From positions 7,297-39,296 of the forward strand of contig OMWY01000019.1 of the NCBI GenBank assembly GCA_900314885.1: a stretch of DNA of 32,000 nt, in the 5' to 3' direction. The stretch comes from an uncultured Eubacteriales bacterium. Its GTDB lineage: Bacteria > Bacillota > Clostridia > Lachnospirales > Lachnospiraceae. Each line of letters starts with the position of its first letter. Position 1 is the first letter of the stretch. The translations under genes were made by a program, and so were the position numbers. The notes beneath the pieces are model-generated. The model saw only the letters and a list, made by a program, of their open reading frames with translations, had not been told where the DNA came from and ran no database searches. This document shows positions 18,106-25,093 of this stretch, piece by piece.

Positions 18106-19257
18106 ATGTTATTTTCATTTGATAAGAAGGCTTATGGCCTTATATTAAAAACTGCCGTGATTGTCGCGGCAGCTTTTTTTGCGGTACATTTACCTGAAGC
18201 CTATGCTTCTGAAAATGCGACAAGCGCGAGTCAGCCTGAAAACGCCTCCGGAAGCGCCGTGAAAAAGAAGAGCTTCAAGATAAAAGCATTTACGGCGGAG
18301 GGCGACCTCGTAGAGGTTGATACCGGCGTGACAAGGTCTGCCATAGAGGACTCTGTGCTTACGGCCTCGTGGAAACTGACGGGCTTCAAGGACGATGGGA
18401 AGACTGAGATATCGATTTATGCCGATACCGACAACAAGGGTTATGACGGTGATCTCATATACAGCGGTACGGGTGAAAAGAGTGGCAGCGCTATTTTGCT
18501 TGCCGGAGACCTTGCGACGGACGATTATTATTTTTATATAGAGGCCACAAGAAATGGCGTGACAAAGCGGAAATACACGGGAAAGTCCTTTCCTTTGGTA
18601 AATTATGAGGATATTTTGCCTGATTGCTCAGTTTCATTTAACAATGAAGAAGAGATAACAAATGATGACGTTCTTGCGGCTGATGTCTCCTTCGACGGAC
18701 ATTGCACGGTTACGGCCCTTGTAAATGACAATAAGGTCATAGACGCTTCAGGTGCGGTAGGGCGCTATAATATACCACTTTCAGAGGGTGAGAACAGCGT
18801 AGAGCTTATCGTTACCGGTGAAAATGGCAAGGGGAGGCATTTTACAGAGGATATAACTCTTGACACGGACCCGCCATACCTCCTTGTTTCGACTGATGTC
18901 GATGGGGCGGTTACGAGTGCTGAGACGGTTGATATTTCAGGAAATGTCGAGAAGGGCGCTCTTCTTACCGTAAATGATGAGACTATCCTGTATGACAGCG
19001 ATGGGAATTTCAGTACCACCGTAAAGCTTGACAATGGTAACAACATCGTTGACGTTAAGGCGGAGGATGAGGCCGGAAATATTAATAATTACCCGATGAC
19101 AGTCTACAGACGGCAGATCAGGCAGAACAAGAGAAACAAGAAGGCTGCGATATTTGTCGGGGGGTTGTTCGGCATTATTATTTTCGGGTACATTTTCTTC
19201 TTTATAAAGTGGATTAGAAAACATCGCCGTCTTGACAAAAAGAAGAATAGAAAGTAG
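18106..19257 (+). CDS. Secreted, C-terminally membrane-anchored protein with Ig-like repeats
   Basis: Signal peptide MLFSFDKKAYGLILKTAVIVAAAFFAVHLPEAYA|SE (an alternative ATG at 18070 would overlap fliS). Ig-like repeat pattern (SEGENSVELIVTGENG; GNNIVDVKAEDEAGN). C-terminal TM helix plus a basic tail, with no LPXTG. Confidence 0.68.
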   Translation: MLFSFDKKAYGLILKTAVIVAAAFFAVHLPEAYASENATSASQPENASGSAVKKKSFKIKAFTAEGDLVEVDTGVTRSAIEDSVLTASWKLTGFKDDGKTEISIYADTDNKGYDGDLIYSGTGEKSGSAILLAGDLATDDYYFYIEATRNGVTKRKYTGKSFPLVNYEDILPDCSVSFNNEEEITNDDVLAADVSFDGHCTVTALVNDNKVIDASGAVGRYNIPLSEGENSVELIVTGENGKGRHFTEDITLDTDPPYLLVSTDVDGAVTSAETVDISGNVEKGALLTVNDETILYDSDGNFSTTVKLDNGNNIVDVKAEDEAGNINNYPMTVYRRQIRQNKRNKKAAIFVGGLFGIIIFGYIFFFIKWIRKHRRLDKKKNRK

Positions 19258-19301
19258 AATATAAAGGTCGGACTTTAATAAAAATATTCAGGAGACAGAA
19301 A

Positions 19302-21356
19302 ATGGGAGAAAAAAAACCATACTATATAACCACGGCCATAGCCTATACCTCAGGCAAGCCGCACATAGGCAACACCTACGAGATAATTTTAGCCGATTCC
19401 ATAGCCCGCTTCAGAAGAAAGGAAGGCTATGACGTACATTTCCAGACGGGATCTGATGAGCACGGACAGAAGATAGAGACCCGCGCCATCGAGGCCGGTG
19501 AGACACCGAAGGAGTTCGTGGACGAGGTATCTGCTGAGATTAAGCGACTCTATGATATGGTGAATACCAGCTATGACCGCTTTATAAGGACTACCGACGA
19601 TGACCACACGAAGCAGGTTCAGAAGATATTTAAGAGGCTCTACGATAAGGGCGATATTTACTTAGGCAAATATAAGGGCTTATACTGCTCTGAGTGCGAG
19701 GCATTTTACACAGAGAGTCAGGCCAAGGATGGAAAATGTCCTGTCTGCGGCTCTACCCTTAAGGAAGAGTCTGAGGATGCATATTTCTTTAAGATGAGCA
19801 AGTACGCTCCGAAGCTTATAGACTATATAGAGTCACACCCTGACTTCATCAAGCCTGTAAGCCGTAAAAATGAGATGATGAACAACTTCCTTAAGCCGGG
19901 CCTCCAGGACCTCTGCGTCTCAAGGACATCATTTAAATGGGGTATCCCTGTTGACTTCGACCCTAAGCACGTCGTATACGTATGGCTTGATGCGCTTACT
20001 AACTATATCACCGGTATTGGCTATGACGCTGACGGCAACAGCAGCGATTTATATAAGAAATACTGGCCGGCCGACCTTCACCTTATCGGTAAGGATATAA
20101 TCCGTTTCCATACAATCTACTGGCCTATTTTCCTTATGGCCCTCGGTGAACCGCTTCCTAAGCAGATTTTCGGTCACCCATGGCTTCTTCAGGGCGGCGA
20201 GAAGATGAGCAAGAGCAAGGGAAATGTTATTTACGCCGATGACATGGTAGATCTCTTCGGCGTAGATGCTGTCCGCTACTTTGTTCTTCATGAGATGCCT
20301 TATGAAAATGATGGCGTCATCACCTGGGAGCTTATGGTGGAACGCTACAACTCTGACCTGGCGAATATCTTGGGAAACCTTGTATCTCGAACCATCGCCA
20401 TGAGCAACAAGTATTTCGGTGGCGTTATAGAGAATAAGGGCGCTAAGGAAGCTGTCGATGATGACCTTAAAAATGTGCAGAGGTCTCTTATTGCTACCGT
20501 TAAGGGCAAAATGGGAGAGCTTCGCGCGGCAGATTCACTGACTGAGATATTTAACCTCTTCAGAAGATTAAATAAATATATAGATGAGACCGAACCGTGG
20601 AGCCTTGCGAAGGATGAGGCGAAGCTTGACAGGCTTGCGACAGTCCTTTACAATCTCGCAGACGGTATCATGACAGGGGCTTCGGTCCTCTATCCGTTTA
20701 TGCCTGATACGGCTGACAAGATCGCGTCTGAATTTAACGTAAGCCTACGTGATTTCGACGATCTTTGTGAGGCTGACCTCTTCCCTTCGGGAACGAAGGT
20801 TTCTGAGAATCCTGAGATCCTCTTCGCAAGGAAGAAGGTAGAGGAAGTTCTTGCTGAGACAGGTAAGATAGAAGAGAAGCAGAAGGCTGAATTTAAGGAA
20901 AGTAACATTAAGGCTACGGAGAATCTTCTTGCGGCAGGAAAGATCAGTCAGGAAGAGGCTGACGCAAAGCTGGCTGAACTAGGCGTAAAGGGAGCTGTAC
21001 GAACTGAGATTACAGTTGAGCCTAAGGATGAAATTACTTACGATGATTTCGACAAGTGCCAGTTTGTAGTAGGTGAGGTCCTTGAGTGCGAGGCTGTGCC
21101 TAAGTCAAAGAAGCTTCTTAAGTTTAAGATAAAAATCGGAACCGAGACCAGGCAGATTCTCTCAGGCATTCATCAGTGGTATGAGCCGGACCAGCTAATC
21201 GGGAAGAAGGTTATGGCCCTTATTAACCTTGCTCCTCGTAAGATGATGGGACTTGAGAGCCAGGGTATGCTTCTCTCTGCTGAGGACGCTGACGGAAATG
21301 TATCCCTTATGACACCTATGGACCCTGATATGCCGGGCGGAAGCGGCATCTGCTAA
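19302..21356 (+). CDS. metG: Methionine--tRNA ligase with a C-terminal tRNA-binding (Trbp111/EMAP-like) domain
   Basis: HIGH-type motif KPHIGNTYE, KMSKS motif EKMSKSKGN, zinc knuckles CSECE...CPVCG, and C-terminal FVVGEVLECEAVPKSKKLLKFKIKIG. Confidence 0.95.
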   Translation: MGEKKPYYITTAIAYTSGKPHIGNTYEIILADSIARFRRKEGYDVHFQTGSDEHGQKIETRAIEAGETPKEFVDEVSAEIKRLYDMVNTSYDRFIRTTDDDHTKQVQKIFKRLYDKGDIYLGKYKGLYCSECEAFYTESQAKDGKCPVCGSTLKEESEDAYFFKMSKYAPKLIDYIESHPDFIKPVSRKNEMMNNFLKPGLQDLCVSRTSFKWGIPVDFDPKHVVYVWLDALTNYITGIGYDADGNSSDLYKKYWPADLHLIGKDIIRFHTIYWPIFLMALGEPLPKQIFGHPWLLQGGEKMSKSKGNVIYADDMVDLFGVDAVRYFVLHEMPYENDGVITWELMVERYNSDLANILGNLVSRTIAMSNKYFGGVIENKGAKEAVDDDLKNVQRSLIATVKGKMGELRAADSLTEIFNLFRRLNKYIDETEPWSLAKDEAKLDRLATVLYNLADGIMTGASVLYPFMPDTADKIASEFNVSLRDFDDLCEADLFPSGTKVSENPEILFARKKVEEVLAETGKIEEKQKAEFKESNIKATENLLAAGKISQEEADAKLAELGVKGAVRTEITVEPKDEITYDDFDKCQFVVGEVLECEAVPKSKKLLKFKIKIGTETRQILSGIHQWYEPDQLIGKKVMALINLAPRKMMGLESQGMLLSAEDADGNVSLMTPMDPDMPGGSGIC

Positions 21357-21366
21357 GGAGTAATGT

Positions 21367-22062
21367 ATGAAAATCGGAATTATAGGAGCGATGGGTGAGG
21401 AAGTAGCTAAGCTCATCGCCCGCGTTGAGAATCCTGCTAATAGCGAGATAGCAAAAAGCGTGTTTACAGCCGGGAAACTCGCAGGTCAAGATGTTGTAAT
21501 AGTAGAAAGCGGCATAGGTAAGGTAAATGCCGCCCTTGCGGCCCAGGTTCTTGTGGATAAGTTTGGTGTCGACTGCATCATAAACTGCGGTGTCGCCGGA
21601 GCTATTGATAACAGGCTTAATATAGGCGATATCGTGCTTTCGGAGGATACAGTCCAGCACGATATGGATACGAGCTATTTCGGTGACCCCGTGGGCATCA
21701 TTCCTCGTATGAAGGAGAGCTACTTCAAGGGCGATAAGAAGCTTATTAAGGTTGCTAGCGATGTTTGCCATGAAGTAAATCCTGAAATTAGCATCTATTC
21801 AGGTAGGATAGCGAGTGGCGACCAGTTTATTTCTGACAGTGATAAGAAAAAGTGGCTAAGTGCAAATTTTCACGCTATGTGCGCTGAGATGGAGGGGGCA
21901 GCCGTAGCCCAGGCTGCCTGGTTAAATGATACGCCTTTTCTAATTATCCGTGCCATATCCGATAAGGCTGATGGCAGTGCTGTCATGGATTATGGTGAGT
22001 TCGAGAAGAAAGCCATAGAGCATACCGATAAGCTTGTTATGGGGATGCTTGAGAGATTGTGA
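21367..22062 (+). CDS. mtnN: 5'-methylthioadenosine/S-adenosylhomocysteine nucleosidase
   Basis: MKIGIIGAMGEEV, GIGKVNAA, EMEGAAVAQ and IRAISDKAD. Confidence 0.92.
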   Translation: MKIGIIGAMGEEVAKLIARVENPANSEIAKSVFTAGKLAGQDVVIVESGIGKVNAALAAQVLVDKFGVDCIINCGVAGAIDNRLNIGDIVLSEDTVQHDMDTSYFGDPVGIIPRMKESYFKGDKKLIKVASDVCHEVNPEISIYSGRIASGDQFISDSDKKKWLSANFHAMCAEMEGAAVAQAAWLNDTPFLIIRAISDKADGSAVMDYGEFEKKAIEHTDKLVMGMLERL

Positions 22063-22071
22063 TTTCGCATT

Positions 22072-22103
22072 AAAAAGAGCCGTGCATTGCACGGCTCTTT
22101 TTT
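22072..22103 (+). terminator. Rho-independent terminator after mtnN (copy 1 of a duplicated palindrome)
   Basis: AAAAA-GAGCCGTGCA-T-TGCACGGCTC-TTTTTT: a perfect 10-bp stem at 22077-22086 / 22088-22097 with flanking A and T runs. Confidence 0.8.
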
Positions 22104-22153
22104 GTTGCGAGAAAGATGGTTGGAGGAAATTAAAAAAAATTACAGATATCGGT

Positions 22154-22178
22154 TAAGTTTTTTTGGGGGGGTCGATAT
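22154..22178 (+). promoter_or_regulatory. Candidate sigma-28 (FliA/SigD)-type promoter for the flagellin-pilus operon
   Basis: GTCGATAT (22171-22178) matches 7 of 8 positions of GCCGATAT. TAAG (22154-22157) serves as the -35. The spacer is 13 nt against a consensus of about 15 and consists of T7G6. It lies 35 nt upstream of the ATG. Confidence 0.45.
22158..22171. repeat. Back-to-back homopolymers T7 then G7
   Basis: Read directly from the sequence: ...aagTTTTTTTGGGGGGGtcgatat... Confidence 0.95.
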
Positions 22179-22212
22179 AAATAGTGTAAATGTGATGGAA
22201 GGAGGATGAGTA

Positions 22213-24279
22213 ATGATTGCTATATCGTACAATGCCGCGGCAGCAAACGCTTCGAGGCATTTTAAAGTAAATACGAAAGACCAGTCGAAGAACTTAGAGA
22301 AGCTCTCCTCCGGTTACAGAATAAACAGGTCAGCGGATGACGCGACCGGTCTTTCGATCTCTGAGAAGATGCGTACCCTCATCAGGGGACTCAGTCAGGC
22401 TACAGATAACTGTCAGGACGGAATCTCTATGCTACAGGTAGCTGACGGATCACTTGCTGAAATGACCAGCATGATGCACCGCATGACTGAGCTTTCTGTA
22501 AAGTCAGCGAATGGCACCAACTCTCAAAAAGACCGACAGATACTACAGAATGAGATAAAGCAGCTTAAACTTGAGATAAACGGCCAGGTTGAGAAGACAA
22601 AGTTTAACGATATTAAGATCTTCGATCCATCGGGAATGAACGGTGTGGCTGATGCTTTTATTGGCACTGCCACCGGTACGCCTGCGGATGATTCCATAAC
22701 AAATTATTCGTTCGGAGCGGATGGAAACGGAATAAGTATAAATGGCACAACATTTCCATATGAGGATATAAAGAATTCAGCCGGTGAACCTATGAGCTCG
22801 CTGAAAGATGGAACTTACAAACTGAGGTACAACGGTGTAACATTTCCCTTAACCATTAAGAATGTGAGTGACAGGAGCCAATTGACGCAGCTGGTGGGAG
22901 CGTTTTCGGTTACGAGTGAAAAGAAGGAAGCCCTTCCAGCGAGAAAGGCAGTAGAATCAGCTTCATTTTCTTTTGATCCTGTTGCTGGCGCAGACATCAA
23001 AGATGGCACAAAATTTGTCATAAAGGCTGACAGCGATGGAATAAACGGGAGATTTAAATGGAAAGATCTCTGCCCGGCTTTAGCGGAAGGCAAGGATCTC
23101 GGGGCCAACCAGATTACAATATCTGTTCCTATACAGAAGGGTGTAAGCTTTGACATAAAAGTTAATAATGGCGCCAAGCTTGAGCAAGTGGTTGATTCAA
23201 TAAATAATTTTTCGGCAACGGTGAAAGCAGGGCAGATAAAAGGTATAGACGTTACAAGATTTTTCTCAGGCTATACAATTACAGGAGGCCAGTTGCCGGT
23301 TAATCTTACAAGTAATACCAGTAAGACCTTTGACTGGAGCCTTCCGGGAGATCCTGCAAATGATGATGCTTTAAAGGACATCGCAAAAAAGCTCAATTGT
23401 GACGTGACTGATCTGACAGGCGGTGACTTAAAAATATATTTTCAGAACAAGAATGGATATAATGTACCGACAGCCGTGCTGACCGCAAAAAGTTCAAAAG
23501 GAGGCCAGGGCTCGGTCACTTATACTATGTCTAAGGAAGATAGCGATAGCTTAAAAGCCCTGTTACAGCCGGGAAATGCTTTCCCTATAAAAAGTCATGT
23601 AGCTGATGCTAAGTTTAGTTATAAAGGAAGTTCGTTTGTAGGTCATCTTATCGCAATAAGAGATGTCACCGGAACGGAAATTCCCGGGCGTGGGCCCGGC
23701 ATATTGTTTAACAGCAATAATATTCCTTCGAAGGTGGAATTTAATATTAGTCATGAAAGTGTTCTTAACTCAAATGGTGAAGTGAAGTCAATGGAGGAAG
23801 GAAATATTCTTCCACCCCAGTATAAATACAACTTCGATACATTTGAAAGTGAATCTCTTTATGATCCTGACTATCCTAAGAACAAATGGTGGATTCAGTC
23901 AGGCGAGGGAACCATGAACGGTATGATGCTTTCCGTGGGGCAGGTTAGCTGTAATCTGCTGGGGCTCGACGACATGGATATTTCGACGGAAAACGGAGCT
24001 ACCCAGGGCATAAGACAGACGGGAAAGGCTCTTAAGACTCTTAGTAAGATTCGTTCCGAACTTGGAGCTGAGCAGAACCGCTTAGAGCATACAGTGTTAA
24101 ATAATAAGAACGCGGTAGAAAATACTACTGCTTCCGAATCTCTTATAAGAGATACCGATATGAGTACGGCTATGGTTTCGTTCCACAAGTTAAATATACT
24201 TGAAATGACAGGTGAGAGCATGTTGGCTCAGGCAAATAAAAATCCTGAGGATGTACTGAAGCTCTTGGAGACAAAGTAA
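22213..24279 (+). CDS. Flagellin-family protein with a very large (~400 aa) central insert
   Basis: GGAAGGAGGA RBS. N-terminal D0/D1 region: KLSSGYRINRSADDATGLSISEKMRTLIRGLSQATDNCQDGISMLQVADGSL...SVKSANGTNSQKDRQILQNEIKQL. C-terminal region: IRSELGAEQNRLEHTVLNNKN...IRDTDMSTAMVSFHKLNILEMTGESMLAQANKNPEDVLKLLE. Confidence 0.88.
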   Translation: MIAISYNAAAANASRHFKVNTKDQSKNLEKLSSGYRINRSADDATGLSISEKMRTLIRGLSQATDNCQDGISMLQVADGSLAEMTSMMHRMTELSVKSANGTNSQKDRQILQNEIKQLKLEINGQVEKTKFNDIKIFDPSGMNGVADAFIGTATGTPADDSITNYSFGADGNGISINGTTFPYEDIKNSAGEPMSSLKDGTYKLRYNGVTFPLTIKNVSDRSQLTQLVGAFSVTSEKKEALPARKAVESASFSFDPVAGADIKDGTKFVIKADSDGINGRFKWKDLCPALAEGKDLGANQITISVPIQKGVSFDIKVNNGAKLEQVVDSINNFSATVKAGQIKGIDVTRFFSGYTITGGQLPVNLTSNTSKTFDWSLPGDPANDDALKDIAKKLNCDVTDLTGGDLKIYFQNKNGYNVPTAVLTAKSSKGGQGSVTYTMSKEDSDSLKALLQPGNAFPIKSHVADAKFSYKGSSFVGHLIAIRDVTGTEIPGRGPGILFNSNNIPSKVEFNISHESVLNSNGEVKSMEEGNILPPQYKYNFDTFESESLYDPDYPKNKWWIQSGEGTMNGMMLSVGQVSCNLLGLDDMDISTENGATQGIRQTGKALKTLSKIRSELGAEQNRLEHTVLNNKNAVENTTASESLIRDTDMSTAMVSFHKLNILEMTGESMLAQANKNPEDVLKLLETK

Positions 24280-24289
24280 CGGGGGATAA

Positions 24290-24508
24290 ATGACAGCTAC
24301 TAATATCAAGGATGTCAGCGACCACATAAAGAAAATGAAATTCCGTCGAAAGGTTTTTGGCGGAGTTGATGAGCGAGATGTGTGGCGGCAGATAAAACTG
24401 CTCGATGATGATTACAGGAACCTGTACAGGATCCTCTGTGAAGAATATCAGAAAAACATAGAACTTATGAAGCAGAGGAGTAATGGGGAAGTCAAAACAA
24501 GACAGTAA
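24290..24508 (+). CDS. Small DivIVA-domain protein
   Basis: 72-aa ORF 10 nt after the flagellin stop (GGGGGAT RBS). KFRRKVFGGVDERDVWRQIKLLDDDYRNL follows the DivIVA/GpsB N-terminal pattern F-x4-(R)GY-x3-(E)VD-x-FL-x6-DY-x2-L. Confidence 0.55.
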   Translation: MTATNIKDVSDHIKKMKFRRKVFGGVDERDVWRQIKLLDDDYRNLYRILCEEYQKNIELMKQRSNGEVKTRQ

Positions 24509-25070
24509 AAGCACACGTAAGCCAAGTATATGGGAATGGTGGCCGACTGAGAAAGCCATAGAAGCAAGATATGAGAGAGCGGTCTGGCATGAAGAAATAA
24601 TCTCATTTTTGATGAGATTATTTGCTCTGATAGCTCTGCTTGTGATTCTGTTCCTCATGGTATTTGGTATATTTACCGAAGATGACATGGAAATGTCGCC
24701 TGCGGTGAGAGCCGGTGATCTTGCTATATATCAAAGGGGAATTAAGGAGTTCAGGCTCGAAGATGTGCTCATATATGAGGCTGATGGGAAAGAAAGAATC
24801 GGCAGGGTGGTAGCGAGGCCAACCGACACGGTTGAAATTACCTCGGAAGGCGCCGTAAAGGTTAATGGCTACGTCCAGATTGAGGAGAGAATAACCAATG
24901 GTACTTCTATCGAGCCAGGCGTAAGCTATCCGCTTACACTTAAGGCCGATGAGTATTTTATACTGGCAGATGCGCGCGGAGATGCGAAGGACAGCAGGCT
25001 TTTTGGCCCCGTTAGTAGGGACCATATACTAGGAAGAGTTGCATTTCTTTTACGCATGGATGATTTCTAA
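24483..25070 (+). CDS. Signal peptidase I (S26) homologue with a substituted catalytic dyad; SipA/LepA-like pilus assembly factor candidate
   Basis: AGAGGAG RBS. One TM helix (LFALIALLVILFLMVFGIF). S26 boxes are recognisable: DMEMSPAVRAGD (box B/C), ERIGRVVARPTDTV (box D) and YFILADARGDAKDSRLFGPV...ILGRV (box E). Ungapped alignment puts Glu at the nucleophile Ser position and Gly at the general-base Lys position. Confidence 0.78.
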   Translation: MGKSKQDSKSTRKPSIWEWWPTEKAIEARYERAVWHEEIISFLMRLFALIALLVILFLMVFGIFTEDDMEMSPAVRAGDLAIYQRGIKEFRLEDVLIYEADGKERIGRVVARPTDTVEITSEGAVKVNGYVQIEERITNGTSIEPGVSYPLTLKADEYFILADARGDAKDSRLFGPVSRDHILGRVAFLLRMDDF

Positions 25071-25093
25071 AATATGGAACATGGAGGTGCAGA

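Noticed and set aside
19258-19301. Possible T-box or other leader upstream of metG, and c-di-GMP or other riboswitches upstream of the flagellin operons.
   Set aside because: The gaps are too short: 44 nt before metG, and about 35 nt between the candidate -10 elements and the start codons at 13214 and 22213. None can hold a riboswitch or T-box.
22146-22178. Inverted repeat ATATCG (22146-22151) / CGATAT (22173-22178) around the T7G7 tract. I considered it as a possible invertible flagellar switch like the C. difficile flgB switch.
   Set aside because: The arms are only 6 bp and enclose 21 nt, which is far too small for a recombinase-driven invertible element. No site-specific recombinase gene is nearby. 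The right arm is simply the sigma-28 -10 core.
22600-23880. I searched the large flagellin insert for an HExxH zinc-protease motif (flagellinolysin-type enzymatic flagellin) or other catalytic signatures.
   Set aside because: Only HESVL is present, with no second His. I could not see any convincing enzyme motif by eye.
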